Part shown: positions 1 to 8,892 of the stretch, piece after piece
How the letters are laid out: each line of letters starts with the position of its first letter
How positions within the stretch are numbered: the stretch's first letter is position 1
DNA from: an uncultured Chloroflexia bacterium
GTDB lineage: Bacteria; Chloroflexota; Limnocylindria; QHBO01
Assembly: GCA_963838125.1 (NCBI GenBank)
Contig: CAWIPT010000007.1
Location: 283,487 to 347,486 of the forward strand
Length of the DNA stretch: 64,000 bases
Direction of reading: 5' to 3'
Translations under genes and position numbers: made by a program
The notes under the pieces: generated by a model
What the model was told of the DNA's origin: nothing
The model's database searches: none
What the model saw: only the letters and a program-made list of their open reading frames with translations

Positions 1-118
1 CGATGAGATCAGGTATCGGCCGCGCGAGGCGGAATCCTATTTGCGTACTTGCGCAACTACTGATACGCTGACGACGGTTCCGCGCGCATGACGCGGGCTA
101 GACTGCGACCCGAGGAAT

Positions 119-1129
119 ATGACCGCCACCACTGCTCCCACCAACGGTCAGACACCGCCGGTGGATCTCTCCCACCCCAAGCTCGCCATCATCGGCTCCG
201 GCCCGGCGGGCCTGACCGCCGCCCTCTATGCGGCTCGCGCCAACCTGGCCCCGGTGGTCTTCGCCGGCAACGCCCCGCTGGGCCAGCTGATGATCACCTC
301 CGACGTCGAGAACTACCCCGGCTTCCCCGACGGCATCCTCGGGCCGGAGCTGATGGACCTGTTTCGGCGCCAGGCCGAGCGGTTCGGCGCGCACCTCGTG
401 GAGCAGGACGTGACCCGGGTCGACTTCAGTGAGCGCCCGTTCACGCTGTGGGTCGGCGAGGACCAATACCTGGCCGATGCCGTGATCGTGGCCACCGGGG
501 CGAGTGCACTGTGGCTGGGCCTGGAAAGCGAGGAACAGTTCAGGGGCCGAGGCGTATCCGCCTGCGCGACCTGTGACGGCTTCTTCTTCCGCGATCGCGA
601 CGTGGCCGTGGTCGGCGGCGGGGACACCGCACTCGAGGAGGCGCTGTTCCTGACCAAGTTCGCGAACAAGGTGACCATGCTCGTCCGCCGTGACGAGTTC
701 CGCGGCTCGAAGATCATGCAGGATCGGGCCACCGCCCACCCCAAAATCGAGGTCCGCTGGAACCGGGAGGTGTCCGAGGTCATGGGCGACACGACCGTCC
801 AGCAGCTGCGCCTGAGGGACACGTCCAGCGGCCAGGAGGAGTTGCTCGACAGCCAGGGCCTGTTCATCGCCATCGGATACAAGCCGAATACCGATCTGTT
901 CGCCGGCCAGCTGGACCTCGATGCACGCGGCTACTGCGAGGTGTCCGGCCGCGGACCCGGTGAGACCAGCTCGAACATCGAGGGCGTGTTCGTGGCCGGC
1001 GACGTCCACGATCACCGCTACCGGCAGGCGGTTACCGCCGCCGGCGAGGGCTGCAAAGCGGCCATCGACGCCGAGCGCTGGCTGGAGTCCATCGGCGAGC
1101 ACGTCGCCACCACCGCCACCAACTGGTAG
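119..1129 (+). CDS. trxB: thioredoxin-disulfide reductase
   Basis: 336-aa ORF. FAD-binding GxGxxG (IIGSGPAGLTAA), redox-active CATCDG, and a second dinucleotide fold (VVGGGDTALEEA). Confidence 0.95.
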   Translation: MTATTAPTNGQTPPVDLSHPKLAIIGSGPAGLTAALYAARANLAPVVFAGNAPLGQLMITSDVENYPGFPDGILGPELMDLFRRQAERFGAHLVEQDVTRVDFSERPFTLWVGEDQYLADAVIVATGASALWLGLESEEQFRGRGVSACATCDGFFFRDRDVAVVGGGDTALEEALFLTKFANKVTMLVRRDEFRGSKIMQDRATAHPKIEVRWNREVSEVMGDTTVQQLRLRDTSSGQEELLDSQGLFIAIGYKPNTDLFAGQLDLDARGYCEVSGRGPGETSSNIEGVFVAGDVHDHRYRQAVTAAGEGCKAAIDAERWLESIGEHVATTATNW

Positions 1130-1188
1130 GTCGGCCAGGGACGACCAGCGCTCCACGCAGACCGATGGCACCTGCCGGCGCCTGACCT

Positions 1189-2073
1189 TCAGTCGACGAG
1201 CTGCGCGGCGAGCTCGGGGCTCATGCCCTCCCGACCGGCATCGGCCAGGTGCTGGAGGGTGGTCCGCCAACGAGGGTCGGCCGCGAAGGCAATCGCCAAC
1301 TCCCGCCGCGCGTCGGCGATCTCGCCGCGCTTGGCGTGCTCGATGCCCATCCAGAACACCAGCTCCATGGCCTCCGGCGCCCGGCGCCGGGCCTCCGCGT
1401 AGGCCTCAGCCTCCTCGACATCGGTCTGGTCCGGGTCGAACAGCGCGTACGCCTCGTAGAGATTGACGATGCGCCGCAGCTCGGGCACGGGATCCGGGTG
1501 GTCGTCCACCCTGGCGTTGAGCACCCAGCCCTTCCACGTGTTCGGCTGGAGGGTGCCCTCGACGATGACGATGGCGCTGCTCTGCCGGCCCCGGACGTCA
1601 CCTCCCTCCGCCTCGGCCGCCTCCAGCGCACGGAGCAGGCGCTCGCTGAACGGAAGCTCCTCGGCCAGCGCCGCCTCGTAGGCCTGAGCCATGGCCGGCC
1701 AGCAAGTCTCCCGCTCCAGGAGGTTGCCCTGGACGGTGAAGCCGTCGCGCACGAGGTGGCCGGCGGCGGGGATGGTTTCCGTCCCGGTATGGGCCGCCGC
1801 CCGACCCTCGACGTCCACCACGCCGATCTGCCGCACCTCCGGCGTCTCGTCACTGGCCAGCAGGGCGGCCAGAACCTGTTCCGCGCTCCGGCCGTTGCGC
1901 AGCATCTCGAGCCCGATCGGTCCCAGGCTGATGTCCACCCGGGCCTGGGTGGCGATGGCCCCGACCCCCGGCGCGAGCCACGGCACCACCGGGCCGACGC
2001 CCAGGTAGTGGGACTGGACAGCAACGCCCAGTCGTCCGGTTGCCGGGTCGCGAGCGACGATGCTGTAGGTCAT
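1189..2073 (-). CDS. DUF1028 family protein (Ntn-hydrolase-like)
   Basis: 294-aa ORF starting MTYSIVARDPATGRLGVAVQS, the typical DUF1028 N-terminus. The family name is recalled, not searched. Confidence 0.75.
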   Translation of the reverse strand: MTYSIVARDPATGRLGVAVQSHYLGVGPVVPWLAPGVGAIATQARVDISLGPIGLEMLRNGRSAEQVLAALLASDETPEVRQIGVVDVEGRAAAHTGTETIPAAGHLVRDGFTVQGNLLERETCWPAMAQAYEAALAEELPFSERLLRALEAAEAEGGDVRGRQSSAIVIVEGTLQPNTWKGWVLNARVDDHPDPVPELRRIVNLYEAYALFDPDQTDVEEAEAYAEARRRAPEAMELVFWMGIEHAKRGEIADARRELAIAFAADPRWRTTLQHLADAGREGMSPELAAQLVD

Positions 2074-2175
2074 GGCGCGACGGTATCAGTCGGTTGTCAT
2101 GCCGTTCATCGACGCTGTGCAGAGTCGGGTGTACGCTCGTCCTCTAGGACGGTGCAACGCGACGAAGGAGGTCCC

Positions 2176-2577
2176 ATGCACATCTTCATCATTGCCCCCG
2201 AGAACAAGCCCGGGAGCCTGGCCACCATCCTCGAGGCGGTCGCCCAGCGCGGGGTGAACGTCATCGCGGGGGGCGCCGCGACCTGGGGTGATCAGGGGGC
2301 GGTTGCGATCCAGACCAACGACGACGAGGGCACGCGCAGTGCGCTCGAGGGGACGGGCCTCAAGTTCCGCGAGGTCCAGACCGCCTCGGCGTGGCTGGAG
2401 GACAAGCCCGGCACGTTCGCCGACGCCGCCCGGCGGCTGGCCAACGCAGGGGTCAACATCGAGACCTTCTTCCCGATCGGGATGAAGGACGGCAAGGTGG
2501 GCGTCCTGTTCGGGGTCGACAACGTCGACGCGGCGAAATCCGCGCTGGGCGAGCTGTCGGGGGTCGCCGCCGGCTGA
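2176..2577 (+). CDS. ACT domain-containing protein
   Basis: Internal ATG at 2176 of the long 1249..2577 ORF, preceded by GAAGGAGG. The 133-aa product (MHIFIIAPENKPGSLATILEAVAQRGVNV..) has two ACT-like halves. The upstream part of the ORF is Arg/Pro-rich shadow overlapping the DUF1028 gene. Confidence 0.7.
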   Translation: MHIFIIAPENKPGSLATILEAVAQRGVNVIAGGAATWGDQGAVAIQTNDDEGTRSALEGTGLKFREVQTASAWLEDKPGTFADAARRLANAGVNIETFFPIGMKDGKVGVLFGVDNVDAAKSALGELSGVAAG

Positions 2578-2578
2578 C

Positions 2579-3358
2579 CTACTCCGCGTCCGGGTCGGGG
2601 TCCGCGGCTGGGCGAGGGCCAAGCGCAGCTCTCGCCACGTCCGGGATATCGGTCACGAAGCCCCACAGGCCGGCGGCGGCGAGCTGCTGCATGCGCTCCG
2701 GTTCGTTTACCACGTAGCAGCCAACTCGCGCTCCCCAACCAGCGGCGAGAGCCACGTTGGCCTGTGGGTCGGTACCGAGGTCCGGGTCGAACGGCATGAT
2801 CGCCGCGTGGCCGTGCTCGACCACCCAGCGCAGGCCACGCTCGAACGAGTCGCCCGGGACCAGGAGGAGGCCGGTCGGCACGTCCGGGTCGAGCTCGCGG
2901 ACGCGCTCGATGGCGGCTTCCTGGAAGCTCATGACCGTGACCTCGCCCGCGTCGCGGACGGGAGCGCCCGCCAGCGCGGACACGACGCCGTCCGCGGCCC
3001 CCTGAGGCTTGATCTCGATCGCGAGGCCGACGCCGGCCGGCAGCCAGTCCAGCACCTCGGCGAGGGTGGGCACGGTCAGGCCGGCACCACGGAACGGGTA
3101 GTCGCTCTCCGATCCGGGAAACGCCCAGCCCGCGTCCGCCTCCCGGATGTCGGTCATGTTCGCGGTGGCCACCGTGGTCGTGCGGTCCGTCGTGCGGTCC
3201 AGGGTCGGGTCGTGGATGACCGCCAGCTCTCCGTCTGCGGTGAGGTGAACGTCGAGCTCGATGGCGTCGGCGCCCGCCTCGACCGCCCTCCGAAACGCCT
3301 CCATCGTGTTCTCCGGGGCGATGGCCGACGCCCCCCGGTGGGCAACGACCAGTGTCAT
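2579..3358 (-). CDS. glycerophosphodiester phosphodiesterase
   Basis: 259 aa. GDPD signature VAHRGAS..APENT..ELDVHLTADGELAVIHD. Its start overlaps the stop of the upstream MFS gene by 4 nt. Confidence 0.9.
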   Translation of the reverse strand: MTLVVAHRGASAIAPENTMEAFRRAVEAGADAIELDVHLTADGELAVIHDPTLDRTTDRTTTVATANMTDIREADAGWAFPGSESDYPFRGAGLTVPTLAEVLDWLPAGVGLAIEIKPQGAADGVVSALAGAPVRDAGEVTVMSFQEAAIERVRELDPDVPTGLLLVPGDSFERGLRWVVEHGHAAIMPFDPDLGTDPQANVALAAGWGARVGCYVVNEPERMQQLAAAGLWGFVTDIPDVARAALGPRPAADPDPDAE

Positions 3359-4734
3359 GCAGTTTCCGAGGTGGTGTCCGCGCCGAGCGCCAACATCATC
3401 GCCTCCTCGGCTTCCCGTGGCGGCTCGGTCACGCCGCGGAGGAGGAGCACGCCGACCACCATCAACCCCAGCAGCGAGAAGATGGCGACCTGGTATGCCG
3501 TCGTGCCGAGGCTCGGCAGGAGAAGGCTGACGACCACGCCGTAGAGGAGCGGACCCGTGATCGCGCTTGCCTTACCGACCAGGCCGTAGAGACCGAAGAA
3601 CTCTCCGACGTTCGCCGGCGGCGAGAGGCGGAGCATGAAGACGCGGTCCGAGGTCCATACGCCTCCGAGCGCGGCTCCCAGCAGGACGCCCGCAAGCAGG
3701 AACGTGGGCACGCTCAGGTAGATCCCGCCGATGAACAGGCCAAGCACCCAAGTCCCGAGGACGATCATCAGCGTTCGTTTGGGCCCGATCGACTCCACCA
3801 GGCGACCCCACAGGAAGCTTGCTATCACCGCCGCGATGGTCAGGCTGAGGAGCGCGATGTTCGCCTCTGACCGCGTGAATCCAATTGCTTCGGTGGCGAA
3901 CACGGCCATGACCACGATCACCGTGTTGACCGGATCGGTGTAGAAAAAACGCGCCACCAAGAATCGCAGGAGGCCGGGGACGGCGCGGGCGCGCCGCAGC
4001 GTGGTCGCCAGCTGGGACCAGGACCCCACCACGTCGCTGAACGTCACCCGACCACGCGCCCCGGGCCGATCGTGGACGAACACGAACATCGGGATGCTGA
4101 ATGCCGCGAACATCAATGCCGCAAGCAGGAACGTGGCGCTGCTGGCCTCCGTTCCCAGTATCAGGATGAGGCTCGCAATGAAGATCGTGCCGAGGTAGCC
4201 AACCGCCACCCCGACGCCTGACATCAGGCCCAGCGCCCCCGGTCGCGACACGATCGGGAGCGTGGCGTCGTAGTAGATGAGCGCTGACTGATAGGCAAAG
4301 TTGGTAAGGGCGAATACGGCAAGGCCCAAGAACGCGAGCTCAACGCCACCTTCGGGGATGAAGGCGATTGCGGTCGTGCCGCTTACGCACATGACGGTGA
4401 AGAAGAGAAGGAATGGGAGGCGCCTCCCGACGCGATCACTGGCCGCGCCCAGGATCGGCGAGACCGCGGCGTTCAGAGCCATGCTGACCGCAAAGGCAAT
4501 CCCAAACCACAGCTGCCCGGGGCCTTCACCCAGGCGGCTGTCGCCGATCACCCACAAACCCATGGCATAGGAAACGATCGCGTAGCTGTAGATCGTGTTC
4601 GCGAAGTCGTAGAGCGCCCAGGACAGACCCTCGACCGGGCTGCCCGACCGGGTCAGGGCACCGAGGCCCCGCCACCAGGTGGCCGGAGCGAGGGCCGTCA
4701 CGACGGGCGGGGCCGATGCATCGGCGCCGATCAT
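3355..4734 (-). CDS. MFS transporter (UMF1/Atg22-like)
   Basis: 459 aa, about 12 hydrophobic spans. N-terminal LSWALYDFANTIYSYAIVS motif. Co-oriented and overlapping with the GDPD gene. Confidence 0.85.
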   Translation of the reverse strand: MIGADASAPPVVTALAPATWWRGLGALTRSGSPVEGLSWALYDFANTIYSYAIVSYAMGLWVIGDSRLGEGPGQLWFGIAFAVSMALNAAVSPILGAASDRVGRRLPFLLFFTVMCVSGTTAIAFIPEGGVELAFLGLAVFALTNFAYQSALIYYDATLPIVSRPGALGLMSGVGVAVGYLGTIFIASLILILGTEASSATFLLAALMFAAFSIPMFVFVHDRPGARGRVTFSDVVGSWSQLATTLRRARAVPGLLRFLVARFFYTDPVNTVIVVMAVFATEAIGFTRSEANIALLSLTIAAVIASFLWGRLVESIGPKRTLMIVLGTWVLGLFIGGIYLSVPTFLLAGVLLGAALGGVWTSDRVFMLRLSPPANVGEFFGLYGLVGKASAITGPLLYGVVVSLLLPSLGTTAYQVAIFSLLGLMVVGVLLLRGVTEPPREAEEAMMLALGADTTSETA

Positions 4735-4766
4735 AGCCGGGGCGTCTTCGCGAACGGTCGGCTAGA

Positions 4767-7094
4767 GTGACCGCCGTGTTCGCGGCCCTCGGCAGGTTCT
4801 CCTACCGCTTCCGGCGCTGGATCCCACCCATCGGCCTGGCCGTGGTCATCGGTCTGTCGATCTGGGTCAGCCAGGCCGGCGGCGACCTTTCGCAGGGCGG
4901 CTGGCAGATCGAAGGCTCGGAGTCGATGACCACCGAGCAGCTGCTCGCCGACCGGTTTGGGGAACAGGCGACCGCCATCTTCGTGATCCTCGCCGACCCA
5001 GATGGCGATGCCGCCTCGGACGCGTTCCAGGAAGTCGTCGCAGGCGCCGTGGCGCCGCTGGCCGAAGATCCGGCGGTGGACGAGATCATCACCCACGCCG
5101 ACAACGGCGATGCCCGCTTCCTGTCGACCGACGGCACGATGACCTTCGCTCTTGTTCGGCTGAACTCGCCCGACGAGGAAGCCGTCGAAGACTCGCAGCG
5201 GCTGGTGGGACTGGTCGAGCAGCCGCCGTCCGTGGACGAGATGTGGGTCACCGGCGTGCCGGTCGTGTACGAGGAGTTCAACGCGGTCATCGAGGAGGAC
5301 CTCCGGCAGGCCGAGCTCATCAGCCTGCCGCTGGCCGGCGCGATCCTGCTCGTCGTGTTCGGGACCCTCGTCGGCGCCGGACTGCCGCTGCTCATCGCGG
5401 GCTTGTCGCTGATCAGCACCTTCGCGGTCATCGGTCTGCTGGCCAACGAGATGGACATGTCCATCTTCGTCACCAACCTCGCCACCATGATCGGCCTGGC
5501 CCTGGCCATCGACTACTCGCTCTTCCTGGTCAGCCGGTTCCGCGAGGAGCTGCTCCATCATCCGGTCGACAAGGCCGTCGAGCGGACGATGGCCACCGTC
5601 GGCAAGGCGGTCGCGGTGTCGGGCATGGCGGTGGCCGTCGGCCTCGCCGCATTGATCGTGTTCGAAGCCGATGCGCTGCGCTCGATGGGCATTGGCGGGG
5701 TGGTCGTGGTGCTCGCCACCATGCTGTACGGGCTCACCGTGCTTCCGGCGTTGCTCGGCATGCTCGGGCACCGCGTGAACCGGCTCAAGGTGCCGGTGCC
5801 GCGGATCTTCCGGTTCGTGGAGGACGACCCGGACGAGGCCGAGCGGCGGCAGGGCCACGGATTCTGGTCCCGGGTGGCGGCCCGGGTCATGCGCCACCCG
5901 GTGCTCATCGGTGGGCCGATCCTCGCCCTCCTGCTCCTCGCCGGCACGCCGTTCCTCCGGATCGAGCTGTCCACCGGCGGCAACCTCGAGGATCTCCCCG
6001 ACACCCCGGCCAAGGAGGGCTTCATCGTCCTGCGTGACGAGTTCCCCGGTGGAGATGCCGACCCGATGCTGGCCGCGGTCACCTACGGCGGCGTCTCGGA
6101 CCTGACCGATGGCGGGCTGACCCCCGAGCGACTGGCCGACCTGCAGGCCTACGTCGACGAGGTGGCGGCCCTCGACGGGGTGCTCACGGTCGAGAGCGTG
6201 CTCGACGCCCCGGCGGGCCTGCCAGCCGACCAGTACCTGGCCGTCCTGGCCGCGCCCGCCGACCAGTGGCCCGCTGGGCTCGACCAGTGGGTGGATCAGA
6301 CAGTGGCCGGTGACACAACCAAGGTCACGATCTTCTCGTCCCGTCTTCCCGACTCGGAGGAGGGCCGCGCGCTGGTGGCCGAGGTCCGCGAAGTCGCCGA
6401 ACCCGCAGGATCCGAGGTAGGGGTGGCCGGCCTCGCCGCGCGGTCGGCGGACTTCATGGACAGCTTCCGGGCCAGCGTGCCGGTGGCGGTGGCCATCGTC
6501 ATCGCCGTCACCCTGATCGTCCTGTTCCTGACCTTTGGATCGGTCTTCCTGCCGATGAAAGCGGTGCTCATGACCCTGGTCTCGATCACGGCCAGCTTCG
6601 GCGCCCTGGTCTGGATCTTCCAGGAAGGCAACCTGTCCGGGCTCCTGAACTTCGAGGCCACCGGCTCGCTGGGTGCCTGGTTGCCGATCCTGATGTTCGC
6701 GATCCTGTTCGGGCTGTCGATGGACTACGAAGTCCTGCTCCTGTCACGGATTCGTGAGCGATGGATCGCGACCGCGGACAACTCCCGCTCGGTGGCGGAG
6801 GGGATCGGCATCACCGGCGGGATCATCACCGGCGCCGCGATGATCATGGTCGTCGTGTTCTCGGCCTTCGCCCTGTCCGACGTCCTGTTCCTGAAGGCCA
6901 TCGGCTTCTCGATGGCTCTTGGCGTCCTCATCGACGCGACCATCGTCCGGGGTGTGCTGGTGCCCGCTTTCATGCGGGTCATGGGGCGTCTGAACTGGTG
7001 GGCCCCCGCCTGGGTCCAGCGTGCCGTCGCCCGCCTGGGACTGTACGAGGGTCCCGCGCCCCCGTCGACCACACAGGAGCAGGCACCTGCCTAG
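4767..7094 (+). CDS. MMPL/RND-superfamily membrane transporter
   Basis: 775 aa, GTG start. Two 6-TM bundles, each followed by a soluble loop. Motifs IDYSLFLVSRFREE and MDYEVLLLSRIRE are typical of MMPL proteins. Confidence 0.9.
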   Translation: MTAVFAALGRFSYRFRRWIPPIGLAVVIGLSIWVSQAGGDLSQGGWQIEGSESMTTEQLLADRFGEQATAIFVILADPDGDAASDAFQEVVAGAVAPLAEDPAVDEIITHADNGDARFLSTDGTMTFALVRLNSPDEEAVEDSQRLVGLVEQPPSVDEMWVTGVPVVYEEFNAVIEEDLRQAELISLPLAGAILLVVFGTLVGAGLPLLIAGLSLISTFAVIGLLANEMDMSIFVTNLATMIGLALAIDYSLFLVSRFREELLHHPVDKAVERTMATVGKAVAVSGMAVAVGLAALIVFEADALRSMGIGGVVVVLATMLYGLTVLPALLGMLGHRVNRLKVPVPRIFRFVEDDPDEAERRQGHGFWSRVAARVMRHPVLIGGPILALLLLAGTPFLRIELSTGGNLEDLPDTPAKEGFIVLRDEFPGGDADPMLAAVTYGGVSDLTDGGLTPERLADLQAYVDEVAALDGVLTVESVLDAPAGLPADQYLAVLAAPADQWPAGLDQWVDQTVAGDTTKVTIFSSRLPDSEEGRALVAEVREVAEPAGSEVGVAGLAARSADFMDSFRASVPVAVAIVIAVTLIVLFLTFGSVFLPMKAVLMTLVSITASFGALVWIFQEGNLSGLLNFEATGSLGAWLPILMFAILFGLSMDYEVLLLSRIRERWIATADNSRSVAEGIGITGGIITGAAMIMVVVFSAFALSDVLFLKAIGFSMALGVLIDATIVRGVLVPAFMRVMGRLNWWAPAWVQRAVARLGLYEGPAPPSTTQEQAPA

Positions 7095-7141
7095 GGTTCC
7101 GGGCGCTAGCTTTCGCCTCCCACAGCAGGAGGTCCAGGACG

Positions 7142-7582
7142 ATGCACCGATCACGATCGCGCCGCCGAGACCCATTTCACCACCCGGTCAACATCAGCTC
7201 CTATGACCAGGCGTCGTTCGGCGACCGATTCGCCGACCAGGGGGTCGCCTTCATTGGCAGCTGGAAGTTCGTTGTCATCCAGACCGCCATTGTCATGGTC
7301 TGGATCGCGGGGAACGTCTACCTCGTCTTCAACTTCGACCCCTACCCGTTCATCCTGCTGAACCTCGCGTTCTCGACCCAGGCGGCCTATGCCGCGCCGC
7401 TCATCCTGCTCGCCGGCAACCGCCAGGCGGTCCGCGACCGGATGACGCTCGAGCACGCCGCGGATCAAACCGACGTCGAGAAGCAGCAGAACGACGATTT
7501 GCTCCAGGGCAACCAGGACGTTCTGAAGCGGCTCGACGACCTCGAGCAGCGCATCCTCGAACGGCTCCCGGCCGGTGGCTGA
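7142..7582 (+). CDS. DUF1003 domain membrane protein
   Basis: ATG at 7142 with AGGAGG 9 nt upstream. Two TM helices, the motif LNLAFSTQAAYAAPLILLAGNRQ, and a C-terminal coiled segment. The long 6761..7582 ORF upstream of this ATG overlaps the MMPL gene. Confidence 0.75.
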   Translation: MHRSRSRRRDPFHHPVNISSYDQASFGDRFADQGVAFIGSWKFVVIQTAIVMVWIAGNVYLVFNFDPYPFILLNLAFSTQAAYAAPLILLAGNRQAVRDRMTLEHAADQTDVEKQQNDDLLQGNQDVLKRLDDLEQRILERLPAGG

Positions 7583-8765
7583 CCGACTACCCCTGGCGGG
7601 CATCACCGTGCTCGACTGCTCGCGGGTCCTCGCCGGGCCGCACGCCACGATGCTCCTGGCCGACATGGGGGCGGACGTCTGGAAGCTCGAACCACCGGCC
7701 GGTGATGAGACCCGAGCCTGGGGCCCTCCGTTCTGGGGCGAGCCGTCCGACGGACGCAGCGCCTACTTCGCGGCGGTCAACCGCAACAAGCGGAGCGTGG
7801 TAGTCGACCTGAAGAGCGAGCGCGGCCGAGACATCCTCGACCGGCTGGCCGCCCGGGCTGACCTGCTCATGCACAACTACGTGCCATCGGTCGCGACCCG
7901 GCTGGGGCTCGACTCGGGCCGGCTGCGCGAGCGCCATCCCCACCTCGTGGTGTCCGTCGTGCGGGGGTTTCCCGGCAGCGGGCCGGACGCGGAGCGCCCC
8001 GCCTATGACCTGGTGGCCCAGGCCTGGAGCGGGCACATGGCGGTCACCGGTGAGCCGGGGAGCGAACCGATCAAGACTGGTGTGGGCTTGCTGGATCTGC
8101 TGGCGGGTTTGGAGGCTGCGGTGGGCGCGTTGGCCGGCCTCGCCGCCCGCGAGCGGGGCATCGTGGACCGTCCGTCCGCGCACACGTCGGTGAGCCTGGT
8201 CGAGGCGGCCGTGGCCGGGCTGACGAACGTGCTGAGCTATCACCTGGCCACCGGCGAGGAGCCGAGGCGATGGGGATCAGGCCACCCGGACATCGTCCCG
8301 TACCAGGTCTTCGCCGCCGCGGACGGGCACGTGGTGGTGGCCGTCGGCAACGACGCGCAGTTCGAGCGGCTCTGCACCGTGCTCGGGGTTGAGCCCAAGG
8401 CGGAGTGGGCCACCAACCCGGATCGGGTCACCCGGCGCGCTGAGGTGCTGGCGAGGATCGCTCCGGCCATTGCCGGGTGGCGGCGCGACGAGCTGGTCTC
8501 CGCGCTGCTCGCCGCTGACGTGCCCGGAGGCCCAGTCCACGGCGTCGGGGAAGCGGCCGCGGCCATGCGCCGACTCGAACCCGACTGGATCACCTCCATC
8601 GGTGGCGTGTCGGTTCCCGCGTCTCCCATCCTCGTCGACGGGGAGCGCCTTCCGCTCCGCCTGCCGCCGCCGCGCCTGGGCGAGCATACCGACGAGATCC
8701 TGGGTCTGGTGGGTGTGACCCCGGATGACCTGAAAGTACTACGCGAGCAGAAGGTCATCGCCTAG
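7575..8765 (+). CDS. CoA transferase, family III (CaiB/BaiF-like)
   Basis: 396 aa. N-terminus LAGITVLDCSRVLAGPHATMLLADMGADVWKLEPP is typical of the family. GTG start overlaps the DUF1003 stop. Confidence 0.85.
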   Translation: MADRLPLAGITVLDCSRVLAGPHATMLLADMGADVWKLEPPAGDETRAWGPPFWGEPSDGRSAYFAAVNRNKRSVVVDLKSERGRDILDRLAARADLLMHNYVPSVATRLGLDSGRLRERHPHLVVSVVRGFPGSGPDAERPAYDLVAQAWSGHMAVTGEPGSEPIKTGVGLLDLLAGLEAAVGALAGLAARERGIVDRPSAHTSVSLVEAAVAGLTNVLSYHLATGEEPRRWGSGHPDIVPYQVFAAADGHVVVAVGNDAQFERLCTVLGVEPKAEWATNPDRVTRRAEVLARIAPAIAGWRRDELVSALLAADVPGGPVHGVGEAAAAMRRLEPDWITSIGGVSVPASPILVDGERLPLRLPPPRLGEHTDEILGLVGVTPDDLKVLREQKVIA

Positions 8766-8892
8766 CGCGTCGTTGATCGGGCGGGTACCGGAATCCGCTC
8801 GCCGAAGTAGTGATGGCCATTCGGGCGCCAATCCGCTTTGATATCCTCGTTTAGAGGATCGTCGCCGCTCGACGCAGGGCTCGCGTGCGGAG

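Noticed and set aside
31-60. A SigH/SigR-type promoter (GGAAT-N18-GTT) or operator (TTGCG-N6-CGCAA) upstream of trxB.
   Set aside because: GGAAT is present at 31-35, but no GTT occurs at the required spacing. The inverted repeat has only 5-bp arms and may be chance.
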